From: Piromyces finnis finn
Taxonomy: Eukaryota; Fungi; Neocallimastigomycota
Assembly (NCBI GenBank): GCA_002104945.1
Contig: MCFH01000069.1
Location: forward strand, 62,001 to 126,000
Direction: 5' to 3'
DNA length: 64,000 bases
Part shown: one piece after another, positions 24,705-38,135 of the stretch
Numbering within the stretch: the first letter of the stretch is position 1
Layout: every line of letters begins with the position of its first letter
Made by a program: the position numbers and the translations under genes
The notes under the pieces: generated by a model
The model's database searches: none
Seen by the model: the letters and a program-made list of their open reading frames with translations, nothing else
What the model was told of the DNA's origin: nothing

Positions 24705-26688
24705 TATTATAAAAAATATTTTATTATTTTTGTTAAAAGCAATAATTGTTTGAATTTTTCCATTTTATATATATTAATGGAGAATTAAAAAATTAAATTC
24801 TACCTTAAATACTTTAAATTTAAAAAAAAAACCTAATTTTTTTTGACTTAAATATTACATATTTTATTTTAGATATAATATTCGATAAGAGAATTAATAG
24901 ATAAATCATTACTGTTTTTTTTTTTTAATTAAAAATATTATTATATTCCTTAACATCTTATTTCAAAATGAAAGATATATAAATATATCATAATTATATA
25001 TATAATTTTTTTTTCAATTAAAAAAAGTCATTATGAAAAAAAATATAATTATTTTTTTTGATTTATATAAAATATCTCAAATTTTTTATTATTGAAATTA
25101 GTGTAGTAGATGGTTAGATTTTAATTCATCTATCATAGAAATAATTATGTTGCTTTTGAGAATGAAATATATCTGATTTAAATGTATTTATTATATTTAT
25201 ATGTGTAATATTAATGTATTTTAAAGAAAACACATTTCTGCAATTTATATTAAACAAATAAGCCTTTCAAAATTTTATTTATAATCGATAATTAGTTAAA
25301 TATTTAATTTTAAAGTATATATAATCATAATTTATAAATTAATCCACTATTTATAAATTATGGATTTATTCATTATATTTTATTTTTATATCAATTTATG
25401 GAAAAATAAATGCATAATTTTTATTAATTCAATTTAAATGGTTAGGCATAAATCGCTACATTAAAAAAAAATACTCTAAAAAAAAAAAAAACAATGTCTT
25501 TTTTAAAGTTTTTATGGCCACAAATTTTTAGTATATAAAAACAAGTCTGATCTGAATTCTGTTAGGATTTAAATAAGGAGAAAAAAATACTAGTTAATCT
25601 AAAAAAAAAAAATTAACATACTCTTAAATTATATACTACAAATATCATTCAATAGGCATATTATAATAAAATATAATGTTTTATAGATAAACCTTACTTG
25701 TTTTTATAAAAAATGTAATAAAGTATTTCTGTATTTTTTTTAAAAAAAACAGAAATTAATAATTGTAAAATATTATTTTCTTTGTATTTTACATAAATCT
25801 TTATCCAATAAAACTTTATAATTTCTTATAAATAAATAACTATTTCAATTATAGTATTTTTTAAAGAATGAATATTTCATATTATGTTTATATTTAAAAG
25901 TAAAAGTAATAAGATAGTAAAAATCTTTATATATGGCAAAGAGAATTGAATCTATAAATCAAAAAAAAAAAAAAATAAAAAAATGAAAAAATATTTGAAA
26001 ATTGTTTATTTCATTAATTAACAATTAATAATTAAATCTTATAAACATTAAAAACTTAAAAAATGGAAATGAAATTTATTTGTTTATAATTATTAAAAAT
26101 TATGAATTATTAGTATGATTAAAATAAGGAAAATACATTAAAATAATTAAAGTATAATAATACTATATATAATAAAAATAATATTATTATATTTATTGTC
26201 AAAGATTAAAACATATGAATATTATTATTTCTATTTTATATCATTTTAAATTTTCTAATTATAAAAAATAAAAAAATAAATTTTTATTTAAAATAAACCA
26301 ATAAAGAATTAAATATAATAAAGACAAATTCTATTTTATAATAATATTAAAATTTTTTTAATTTGTTAAACTATGAGATTTTTTTTTTTTTTTTTTTTAT
26401 TATTTAAACGTATTTTTTTTGACTTATAAAATATAAAGAGCTAATAAATGAAAAAAAAATTAATTATTTTAAATGGGATATAATTTACATTATTATTAAC
26501 TATAATCCCTTAAGCAATTATATTAAAATGAAATTAATTTTAGTTATTTTATGTTAATTATCCTAATTTTTTTTAATATTCTATTTATAATAAATATATA
26601 TATATATATATAATCTATTTTATTTTCATTTTTATTTTATTTAAAAAATACCATAAATTAAAAAATATCATTTGAATAATATTTCATA

Positions 26689-29035
26689 ATGAAGATAAAG
26701 AATTTGCCACTATTATCATTCCTGCCTGGAGTTTTATCCAATGGTATATATTTCTTAAACCTATAATATTAAAAAAAAAAAAGAAATAATGATAATCATA
26801 ATAAAATATAAAAATTTATTTACTATAAAATTAAAATAGTTAGTTTCAGAATAATTGCACCCAAGGGTAAACCATCTGTAATCATTGGCAGTACAGTATA
26901 CCCAATGGGATTACATGAATTTCCTGTTTATGAAGTGTCAATTGATATTGATTTACCAGTTCGTTATTTTTATTCAATAGATTATAGCGATACAAATGAA
27001 GCAGACAAAGGTGTTGTACAAGAAGAGTTCGATAGAGTTAAAGAATCAGGGGAAGAAACTTTAAATGAATTCTTTAATAGAAAAATTACAGTGAAAACTC
27101 ATCCAAATCTTCCAAAGGCATATGATAAATATCCAAACTTTAGTCCTTCAAAATTATTTGATGGTAAATATTATTATAAAAATCCTAAAAATCAATATTA
27201 ACTATATTCATTAATTTAATTATTAATAATAAATTATGTAAAGATACCAGTATTTCTACTGTTATTATTAATGGTGATCCAAAAGCTATTAAAGCACTTC
27301 ATAAGGATCCAACTTCCGATGAAAAAATTCATAATATTGAATTTATTTATGCTACGTATGTATTATATATGAATTTTTAATTTTACATAGGTTAACTAGA
27401 AAATCCTAATGTAACAAAAATATCAAATAATATAACTAATATATATATATATATATAGTCCATATAGTGTTAGATCTTTCAAAAATGCTACATTAAGTAT
27501 TGCTGGACAAACTGTAAATACAACATATATATATTTAAAATAATAAAGTATCTATAAAAAATTAATCATTATTATTATTTTTTTTTTCATATTTAACAAA
27601 AGACTAAATATGCTTCTAAATTAAGTTATAAGATTTCAAATTTAAAAAATGACAAAAATAAAGAATTATATAAGCGTACTAGTATTAAATTAAGAGCTGA
27701 ACATATGGATCCAACTTATTTAAGGTATATTTTTTAATGTAAACAAACTAATGATATATTCATTATATTAATGAATATAAAAATACTAAAATCTTTAAAA
27801 TTGAAATTGAATATATGTATATAAATATATACAATAGAGATAAAATCTATTCTGATATATTAAATTCACTTGGTGTTCCATGTGCTCAAAACAAATTTAC
27901 TAGAGTTTATATTAATGGTGATCCAATTGGTTTATTTGACTTATCCGATAATGTAGCAAATAATAGATATTTAAGAGAGACTTTAAATAATGGTAAAAAA
28001 TTTGCAAATGAAAATATAATGTTTAAGGCAGATTATTATCCACCAGTTGCATGGGGTGATTTAGGTTACTATGGTAATGATCCATATAGTAAAAAATATG
28101 ATATTTACTATTATAAAGGTGGAGATATTGATGATCTTGATGAAGATCAAGCCTATGATAAAAATATTAATATGATTAAACAATATTTAATTCCTTTCCT
28201 TAAAGAAATTAATGAATACCCAAAGAGTGGTTCATTAAATCTTGATATTGAAATGTTCCTTAAATACATGGCTATGGAATTTGTAAGTGGTGCTGTTGAC
28301 AATTATTGGAATAGACCTGGTAACTATTATATAATGAAAAATATGAATAGTAATGATGGCAAATGGTTATTCCTTGACAGTGATTTCCACTTTTCATTTG
28401 GTATTGGTGGTAGTAAACTTAGTAAATACCTTTCATCCTCCATCAACACTTATACTTCTGTATATGATGAAGATGATATTGGTACATCAAGACCAATTTT
28501 GGATAATATTAGAAAGAATCCTGATAATGAAAAAACTTTTAAAGATATATTTATTAGATTAATTAATACAGCATTTCATGTTGATGCTCTTTTCCCACGT
28601 ATTGATTCTTTAGCTGAATTAATTAGAGATGATGTTGCTTGGGATTTAACTCTTCCAAGAGTTAGTGGTTACTCAGATGCTGAAGATCTTCAATATACAA
28701 TAAATGACTTTGAAAAACAAATTAATCGTGATGATACAGAATGCGATAAAAAGTATATTATTTCATTAAAATGTTGGATTAGACACAAAGGTATAAACAT
28801 TGCTTCTCAATTTGGTATTGAATACCCAGATTCCCCAGATTATTCAAAGGGAGTTGTTGAAACACTTGTTCAAAGTAATGAATTAAAAGAATCAAATGAA
28901 TCTTCATCCATATCTGATTCACATCAAAACACTGATAATAAAGAAATAACAAGTGATGGAATAACATTCAGAAATTATAGAAATATAGCTCTTATTAATA
29001 TTACAATAATGATAATTATTAAATTATTGATTTAA
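26689..29035 (+). CDS. cotH: CotH-family secreted protein kinase with a hydrophobic (GPI-signal-like) C-terminus; multi-exon
   Basis: Exons give MKIKNLPLLSFLPGVLSN|VSFRIIAP...ETLNEFFNRKITVKTHPNLPKAY..SKLFD, KLSYKI, IKLRAEHMDPTYLR|DKIYSDILNSLGVP, RVYINGDPIGLF, AVDNYW and FLDSDFHFSFG. No dockerin is present. Confidence 0.85.
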
Positions 29036-29777
29036 TTTCTTTAATTTTTTTTTTTTTTAAAAGAATAGTTTTATTAAATATTATTTTCTTTTATCTTATT
29101 CTTTAACTATAATTTATATCTATACAAATAAATAAAATGAAACAATTAAACTGATAAATTAAATTTTATTATTTTATACCCACCATTTAATTATTTATTA
29201 AATTTTTCTCTATTTTTTTTTTCTTTATTATAAAAAATCAAATAAAAAAAACAGTACTTTTAATATTACTTTGTGACAAAACAAAAAAATAAAGTAAATA
29301 GAACAAAAAATACGTTTCCAATAAGAAAATAAAATAATTATAATAATATAATATTGAATTTGAAAAAAAAAAGAAAATTTCAGTCTTTTTTTATTTATTT
29401 ATTTATTTATTTGTTTATTAAAATTACAAAAAGAAGAATAAAAAAAATGTAAAAGTTAAATTAAAATTGGGAAAAATTTTATAATTTCAGATTTAGAATA
29501 TATATTGTCCAAAATAATCCTTAAATAAATAATAATAATAATAACAATTATATTTATACATAGGATAAAGTAAAAGCAATACTTCAGAAATAAAGAATTA
29601 TTTACTACTGATAAATTGGCAATTTAATATCAGGAAAAAAAAAGATAGATATTTAATGGTAAATAATGAAACATTATTATTCAATATTCTTTATTAAATC
29701 ATAAATTATATTATTAATAAAAAATATAATGATTTTTTTTTATTTTCTTTATATTTGCTTAAGACACAACAATAATG

Positions 29778-29808
<31 letters not shown>

Positions 29809-30396
29809 CAATTTTTTATTAATATTCTTTTTTTTATTTTATTTTATTTTTTTTTTTTTTTAAATATTTTAAGTATTTATATTTTTTTATAGTTACTTAT
29901 TTTCAATATTATCTATAGAAAACATAATTAATATAACTATTATTTAAAAAGCTAAAAAAAGAATTTAATACAATTAATTATTTAATATCAAATATTTTTA
30001 TTATAAAAGAAGTATTGTACTGTTGTAGTATTTTCTAATATATTTATGTATATCCTTTTTAATATTAATTTTTTAATAACATTTTTAAAATATATATACA
30101 ATATAAACATTATATATTATATTATTATTATTATTATTATGTTGTTGTTGTTGTTATTAAATATTAACATTAAAACTTTATGGAAAAAAAAAATTATTTA
30201 TTTCATATTTAATAGATCTTTTTTATGGATAACTGCAAATATTTTGCTATCTCAAAAACTATTAATTGACCTGTTTATATTGTCCATATTATAATGATAT
30301 TTATAATTTTATATGAAAATTTATTTATTGATGACAATTATTATTTTATTTCAAGTCAATATAATCTGTAAAAACGGGTTATCCGACTATATTATT

Positions 30397-30630
30397 TTAC
30401 TCAGAAACATAGATAGGTGTAGCATTTCCATAAGAAATAGTTGGTACACTCTTTATATTTGGATGTTTTACTGTGGAATAATGACGAGGAGTATTTCTGT
30501 ATTTTTGAATCTTTCTTCTGCGGTATAATTTTACTACGATTAAAAATAAAATTAATATTACTACACATCCAACGATGGTAGCAATAAGTTTTATTTTTCC
30601 ATTTTCTCCATCGAATGATATTAATTCCAT
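30397..30630 (-). CDS. Small single-pass membrane protein (77 aa), unknown function
   Basis: Isolated ORF, richer in GC than its flanks, behind an A-rich leader. The TM segment LIATIVGCVVILILFLIVV is followed by KLYRRRK. No family recognised. Confidence 0.5.
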   Translation of the reverse strand: MELISFDGENGKIKLIATIVGCVVILILFLIVVKLYRRRKIQKYRNTPRHYSTVKHPNIKSVPTISYGNATPIYVSE

Positions 30631-31693
30631 TGTGTATTTATTTTAATTTTTATTTTAATTTTAATTTTATTTTTATTTTTATTTTTAATTTTATTTTTTT
30701 TTTTTATTTTTTTAAAACGAATGTAACATTATAATATTTATATTCTAATTGAAAAGAATTGAATTTTCTAAAAAGTCATTTTCAGGACATTATTATAATT
30801 TTTATATGTATTATTTTAAATTTTTTTTTTAGTTTTATATTAAAAATAAAAATTTTTGTGACATTTACTTGTTTCTTTTAAATATTTTTGTCTGGCTGAA
30901 ATTTTACCAGAGGTCAAATTTCCTCTGGCTAGAAACTCTGGCTAAATCCTTCCAAAATCTAAGATAAAGTATAATAAATGGTAATATAATAATATTTGAA
31001 TAATACCTAAACTATATACCTTTTTTTTTGTTAATATTATTACTTTATATATAATATCATTATTGAGATGTCATTCTATATTAATTATATTAACTAGATG
31101 ATTGTTTTGTGTTTTTTTTTTTTTTTGCCTATTTTATTTTGTTTGTATTTATCACATATTCATTAATGATATTATAAAGCTATTCTATTCATAAAGAAAA
31201 AAAAAGTTTTTTATTAGAAATACTTTCTTTATAATAATGTAATACTGGAGGTAATAAACCGATTGTAGTTTCTATATAATTGTGAAACGTTACTCTTTTA
31301 AATGTTTAAATTATAATTAATTAAATGAAAATATCAATAAAATAACTTTTTTGTTTCTTAAAAAGTACAGCTTTTTATATATATTTTTTTAAAAAATAAT
31401 AATTAATTTTTCTTTTAAAAGGAAAAAAAAATATTTAACTGTTTTATATAAAGATAAATTAATTTATATAATAGATGTTTTAACGTTATATTTTTTTTTA
31501 TTTTATTTTTTATATTTTACATTTTATTTTCATGATATGGATTAACTTTTGATTTTACTATAACAAAATTTTTATTCATTAATAAATTAGTAGAGAATTT
31601 GTTTAATATATTTACACTATATATTTATAAGATTACATATTTATAAGAATAGTTTTATACATTATATAATATATTCATTATGTTATTTACAAA

Positions 31694-33499
31694 TTAAAGT
31701 TTCAATAGGATGTTATATAATATAACAAAAATTGTCACTATTACTAATACGTATATTTCCTTTGATACATGCTTACTACTTTTACTATCATATATTTCTT
31801 TTTTCAGTTTTTCCATTGAACATGTTGATACGAAATCAGAATAGTAATTGTTAGCATATGGAATAGTACGTTTCTCAAAATCCTCAAAATACTTTTTATC
31901 GATCTCTTGACTTTTAATTTTAATATCTTTAAAGTTATGTTTGGGATTTATGATCATACTTAATATTCCATGTTTAGCATAGGCATCAGAGATTTGGAGG
32001 GTATAATCAAATGCTGATATTCCTTCATTATTTTTTATATGAATATCTGGATTTTTCATCATTAAAAGGTGAATTAAATAATAGGCACGAATCTCTATGG
32101 CATAATAAAGAGCAGTATTACCTAAATTATCTTGATGATTGATATCTATACCATATTTAAGTAGGATATTTACTGACTTAATTTGATTGGTTTTACAAGC
32201 TAAAATAAGAGCATTTTCATTTTTATCGTTAACTTCATTAATAATATTAGGATCATTTTCTAATAGATCCATTATAGCTATAGGAGAATGTACTGCTATC
32301 ATTAACAAAGTGTTTTGATTTATTGGATCTCTATAGGCATAATTAAAAGTGGGATTATTTTTAAAATAAGGTAAGAGTTCAAAATGTTTTAATTTATAGC
32401 AAAGAGAGGTTGCATTTTCACCATATTTGTTTTTAACAGAAAGATCTAGTTTGTTAATATTCTCAGCACAAAATTTTGCAGTCGTTAAATCATTCACTAA
32501 AAGCATAACCATAAAAGCAGTATTTTCATCTGCATCAACTAAATAGTTAAAATCTAGTTGATAATCAACAAACATACTCATAATCTTAATATACTGTTCG
32601 TAGGGAACATTTGAAAGAGAATTAGAGTAAAGTTTATCTAAAAGAATAGACATTACGGATTGACCGTCTAAATTAATATAATCATAACTACATTGCTTAT
32701 TATGTAATTCAAATAGTTCTGAATAGAGACCCTTTTCAGTTAAGTACATTGCTGGAGTTTTTCCTTCATTATCAGCAATATTAACATCAATATGAATATT
32801 ATTAAGTAAAAATTTATTAATAGGTTCAATGATATTATTTTTTATACAATAGGTTAAAACAGATTCACCATTACTGTTAGTTTGATTGATATCAATATTT
32901 GAATAAAAGATAATATCATTTTGATAATCATCCATATAACTTGAATCATTTATACGATATTTCGAATTACGTATACAATAAAACAGTATATTTTCGTTAT
33001 TCTTATCAACAATATTCATACATTGACTGTCTGATAGGTATGGTTTAATAACAAAGTCAAGGTTATGTAAAATGGCATACATTAATGCTGTTTTGCCTTC
33101 TTCATCTTGTATACATGGATTGACATCCATTGTAAGTAACCATTTTGCTGCATTTTTATTACCTACTTTACATGCTTTTACTAATACATCACTATTTTTA
33201 AAGAAATCCAATATTCTATTAAATAAAGGATGCTTCAATATTTTTTCATAAAGAATATATTTATTTTGGAAAGGGTATAGGTTTGAATCACCTTCTATTA
33301 TTATAGAAATTAAATTACTATCATATTCCACAATTATATTGTTTATTTCATTTACAAAATTTTTAATAATTTCTGAACTGGCCTTATCCCCAAAATTTTC
33401 TTGGATTAAAGTTTTATTATTTTCTATAATTTCCAAGCATTTTTTATTTCTTGATTTTAACTGGGATAAGAAATCTTTTTGAAATTTATCAAAATCCAT
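31694..33499 (-). CDS. Ankyrin-repeat protein with a C-terminal TM helix (601 aa)
   Basis: GKTALMYA, GESVLTYC, GKTPAMYL, NALILAC and GNTALYYA units. The C-terminus is IYVLVIVTIFVILYNILLKL. Confidence 0.88.
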   Translation of the reverse strand: MDFDKFQKDFLSQLKSRNKKCLEIIENNKTLIQENFGDKASSEIIKNFVNEINNIIVEYDSNLISIIIEGDSNLYPFQNKYILYEKILKHPLFNRILDFFKNSDVLVKACKVGNKNAAKWLLTMDVNPCIQDEEGKTALMYAILHNLDFVIKPYLSDSQCMNIVDKNNENILFYCIRNSKYRINDSSYMDDYQNDIIFYSNIDINQTNSNGESVLTYCIKNNIIEPINKFLLNNIHIDVNIADNEGKTPAMYLTEKGLYSELFELHNKQCSYDYINLDGQSVMSILLDKLYSNSLSNVPYEQYIKIMSMFVDYQLDFNYLVDADENTAFMVMLLVNDLTTAKFCAENINKLDLSVKNKYGENATSLCYKLKHFELLPYFKNNPTFNYAYRDPINQNTLLMIAVHSPIAIMDLLENDPNIINEVNDKNENALILACKTNQIKSVNILLKYGIDINHQDNLGNTALYYAIEIRAYYLIHLLMMKNPDIHIKNNEGISAFDYTLQISDAYAKHGILSMIINPKHNFKDIKIKSQEIDKKYFEDFEKRTIPYANNYYSDFVSTCSMEKLKKEIYDSKSSKHVSKEIYVLVIVTIFVILYNILLKL

Positions 33500-34881
33500 T
33501 TTAACTTTATTTTTCTAAAAAAAAAAAAAGCAAATTTTTTTTATTGTTGCGAATTAAAAATTATTTATTATTAGATACTCTGATGTTTTCGTAGAATAAT
33601 AATAATAATTAATTATTTTTATTAATTACTGGTTTTGTAATTGATTTTTATGGTTTTTATTTTATTTATTTATAATTCATGATTACAAAAATTATGATAT
33701 ATTTTAAGTATTGTATTAATTTTTAAAATATCTAATGATGATATTTTAATAAAATTGTCGTATCATTATTTTAAAATTGCTTATTATTATATTGTTCATT
33801 TATTTACTTTTAAAAAAAATTGATAATTTTACTTTTTATTTTCCTTTTTATTTATTTAACTTATTTTTACTCTATTTTATTTAAAGTATATATTGTATTA
33901 TATGGTTTTGTTCAGAAATAATAATAATATATTTATATATTTACTTAATTTCTTTATAGACTTTTAGTTATATTTGCAATGTCTTTTATATTTTTTTTTA
34001 AATATTTTAATTTCTTTATTTTGTAATTGTTATTAAGATTATTTCTTTTTATTATTTTAGTTTTTGATAATAAAGAATGGAATTGAAATTATTAATAAAT
34101 ATAATATTAATAATTATAATACATATACTTTTGTTTTAATAATCTTTTTTTTTTCTTTTAATTATAATTGTTATTATTTCTATTATTTTTTATTTTATTA
34201 TTTATTATTATTTTAAAAATAAAAAAAAAAGTCTTTTTTTTTCTTTTTATGGCATAATGAAAGAAATTTCTCTTATTTTTTTTGTTTGTTTCCCTCCTTT
34301 TTTATTTTTTCTTCTTTCCATAAATAAATTAAATTTAAATAATAATTTTAATTAAAATTGTTTTTTTTTATTAATATAGTAATTAGTGTTTTTTTAAATC
34401 TTTAATAATGTATCATCAATTTAAATTAAATTTTTTTTATTAATATTTTGTAATTTTATTATAATTAAAGTTTTATACCAAATAATTTAATTAATATTAA
34501 TATATGTATTAATATATTGTAGAAAAAACTTAATATAAATATAATATAATATGATAAAGTCAGTTTAGTGTCACACTATTCAATAAAATTTAAATTTAAT
34601 TAAAATTTATTAATTAAAATGTAACACAAAAATTTATTATAATTTTTTTTTTTAAAAAAAAAAAGGGACGTTGAAAGTAGAATGGTGGAATATTAAGTAT
34701 TCCTCTGTCATCTGTTTTTATAATATAAAAATAATATTAATGAAAAACGATTTTATATATATTTTAATACCAATACAATGAATACTATTAATAATAATGT
34801 GATTATTTTATGATCATCTATAATGGTAATGATGAAAGAACTCCCTTACATAAATAACAATAAATTATAAAATAACTATTC

Positions 34882-34994
34882 TTCTGATAGTTCTTTATTA
34901 ATAATACTTTATAATGATAATTCTAATAGTTTTTCTATTAATAATACTTTATTATGATAATTCTAATAGTTTTTCTATTAATAATACTTTATTA
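34882..34994. repeat. Non-coding 40-bp minisatellite, about 2.8 copies
   Basis: ataatacttt recurs at 34901, 34941 and 34981, with ataattctaatagtttttctatta between copies. Confidence 0.8.
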
Positions 34995-36446
34995 TTATAA
35001 AATAAAAATGATAATAAACCAGCTATTATTTATTAGTATTAGTAGTAAGAAGTAAAACTTTAAGGTTTAATTAATAATTTTAATCTTTTTAGTTCAGATA
35101 ATTAATTTAATGAAATATTCATATTATCATCATCTGATATAATATTTATTTCATTTGCCTCTTTTTTTTTATAAAAAAATTTTAAAATTAACGATTAAAA
35201 TGAAAGGGAACTATCATTATTAATATATATGAATAATTATAAAAATATTGGATAAAAATATAAAAATAAAAATTATAAAGTATTTTTAAATTTATTATCT
35301 ATAATAAGCAGTATATATAATATAAGGATCGAAATATCCATAAGATATAATATGAAGATTTCGTGTCTGATTATTAATATATATATTTAAAAAACAATAA
35401 TATAATAACAATTGATGGATATTATTTATATATAAAAAAAACAAGTAGAATTAATTCTAATATTAATATTAAAAAGATTATAAAACATATTTTTTAATAT
35501 TCATAATCTATTTTGAAAATCTTGTTATAAAAAAGGAATAACAAAAAAATTAATAAATTATTATTCTAAAAAAAAAAAAGTTTAGTGAAAATTTTATCCG
35601 ATTTTATATATTATAATAATAAAATAACTTCAATAACAATATTATAATAATTTTATATACAATAAATATAAATGAAAATACAATAACGCTTTCTGATTTT
35701 TTGATGAATTATATATAAAAAAATTTGTTTTTATAATATTAGTAAATATTTAAATGAAAATATATATTTTTATTATATTATAAATAATCCCTTTTTTTTT
35801 TTTTTAACTCTTAAAATATAATTAATAACCTTAATATTTATTAAAAAAAAGCTTTCATAATCTTTTTCTATATTTTTTATTTTCTATTATTAAACCTAAA
35901 TATATATTACTTTTTTATATATAGTATAAAGATATGTTTATTAATTTGTACGTATAAAGTATAAATAGTATAATGAAAAATCATTATCCTTGGTAATGTT
36001 TGACTTCAAATTTAAATCACTATTAATATAAAATTACAATATAAAAAAATAAAAATTCTAAATAATAAATGTAAATATTTATTTATATTAATTGTTATTA
36101 TACATTGAATATATATATATAAATGCATTATGTATATTTTTATAAAATACATTAAAATAAATATACAATACTATTTTATAAAAAAGAAAAAATAAAGGAA
36201 AAAAAATGTTCATTTGAAATAAATTGATGTATAATATGTATAATATAGATACATTTTAATTTATATTGCGAATATTTATCTTTAACTAAAATGATTTTAA
36301 TTTTGGATATATATTATATATATAGAAATAAAAGATATATTTCTTTTTTCTTCTATTATTTTAATACTACAGAAAGGTTCAATTATTATTTACTTTGAAC
36401 ATAAACTTTTAATCTATATTGCATGTTTGATTGATGGTTTAATTTA

Positions 36447-38135
36447 TTATTTATTTTTTGAATTTTCTTCTGAATCATCTACTGTTTCTGAAGAATCCAT
36501 TGATGTTTCCATATTTGTTGTAGAGCCCATTGAAGTATTATTTTCTTCTGAATTATTCTCTTCTTCTGAATTAATTTCTTCTTTGCTATCGTTTGCATTT
36601 ATAGTTATATTTGAAAGATCTTTAGAATCTTCAATTTTTACTTCAACTGGTTCGTTTGACTTTTCATTTTCATCATTTTCATCATTAAATATATAATCCT
36701 TACCAGGTAATATAGCATTAACAATAATACCGACAAGAGAACCTGTAGCAAGACCAGAAAGAGAAATTTCAACACTTCCAATTGGGATAATAATTGCACT
36801 TTTATCACTATAAGTAATACCAATAGAAAGTATAAGAATTAAACCAGCCAAGATAATGTTTCTTGTATTACGGAATTGAATTTTATTTTCTACAATATTA
36901 CGAACACCTACTGCAGATATCATACCATAAAGTACAAGTGATACACCACCAACAACAGAATTTGGAATAGAAGAAATGCATGCAGCAATCTTTGGGGAGA
37001 AAGAAAGTAAAATGGCAATAAAAGCAGCAATTTGAAGAACTAATGGATCAAAAACTTTTGAAATTGTAAGAACACCAGTATTTTCACCATAAGTTGTGTT
37101 TGCAGGTGCACCAAAAATAGATGCGAGAATGGTAGCTAAACCATCACCCATAATGGTTCTATGAAGCCCTGGATTTGCAAGGTAATTTCTATTACATGTA
37201 GAAGAAATAGCAGAAATATCACCGATATGTTCTACAATAGTAGCAATTGAGATTGGAACAATAGTAATGAAAGCTGTAAGAAATTTTGATGCATCTGGGT
37301 GTTCAAAAACATAAAGAATAGTACTGTCCTTTTTTATTGGGAGCCCTACCCAATTAACATCTATAATGGATTTAAGATTACTAGTTGAGAATAAACGGAA
37401 GTTTTCATTTCCATTAATACATATAAATCCATCAACATCTTTAGTTGGTAAAAGAGTTAATAAAGCTGCAATGGCTACAGTAAGAGTAATACTAATAACA
37501 CCTGGAATAATTCTGATTAATCCTTTACCCCAAATATTACAAGAAATAATAAATATAACAGCTATTACAGCAAGAAGCCAATTTTTCGAACAATTATTGA
37601 TAGCAGATTGTGAAAGAGTTAAACCAATAGCAATGATAATAGGTCCTGTGACAATAGGTGGGAAGAATTTCATAATACGTTTTATACCACAAAATTTAAT
37701 AATTATAGCAAGAATAATGTAGATAACACCAGCACATAAAACACCAAAGCATGCATAAGGAAGAAGTTCCTTTTCACCATGTGGAGCAATTGAAAAGTAT
37801 CCTGAAAGGAAAGAGAAGGAAGAACCGAGGAATGCAGGAATCTTTCTTTGTGAAACAAGATGAAATAGTAATGTACCAAGACCAGTAAAAAGAAGGGTTG
37901 TTGAAACATTAAGTCCAGTTAATGTTGGTACTAATACAGTTGCACCAAACATAGCAAATAAATGTTGAAAACCAAGAATGATCATTCTTACAATACCAAG
38001 TTGTCTTGCATCATAAATAGGTTCTGAGTTATTACTAATGTCAGGTTTTGATTTTGGCAAATCATCTATTTCATCTGAATCAACAATATCAACCTTTGGT
38101 CTTCTACGGAATCTTATGTTACTAAAAAGATGCAT
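36447..38135 (-). CDS. NCS2/NAT family uracil-xanthine permease, bacterial UraA/PyrP-like, intronless
   Basis: LGFQHLFAMFGATVLVP, PAFLGSSFSF, FPPIVTGPII, VEHIGD, NAT motif TTYGENTGVLTISK, and GGVSLVLYGMISAVG. Confidence 0.92.
   Translation of the reverse strand: MHLFSNIRFRRRPKVDIVDSDEIDDLPKSKPDISNNSEPIYDARQLGIVRMIILGFQHLFAMFGATVLVPTLTGLNVSTTLLFTGLGTLLFHLVSQRKIPAFLGSSFSFLSGYFSIAPHGEKELLPYACFGVLCAGVIYIILAIIIKFCGIKRIMKFFPPIVTGPIIIAIGLTLSQSAINNCSKNWLLAVIAVIFIISCNIWGKGLIRIIPGVISITLTVAIAALLTLLPTKDVDGFICINGNENFRLFSTSNLKSIIDVNWVGLPIKKDSTILYVFEHPDASKFLTAFITIVPISIATIVEHIGDISAISSTCNRNYLANPGLHRTIMGDGLATILASIFGAPANTTYGENTGVLTISKVFDPLVLQIAAFIAILLSFSPKIAACISSIPNSVVGGVSLVLYGMISAVGVRNIVENKIQFRNTRNIILAGLILILSIGITYSDKSAIIIPIGSVEISLSGLATGSLVGIIVNAILPGKDYIFNDENDENEKSNEPVEVKIEDSKDLSNITINANDSKEEINSEEENNSEENNTSMGSTTNMETSMDSSETVDDSEENSKNK

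Noticed and set aside
34810-34855. NGNDERTPLH ankyrin-like fragment
   Set aside because: Only about 10 codons bounded by stops; too short to distinguish from chance.
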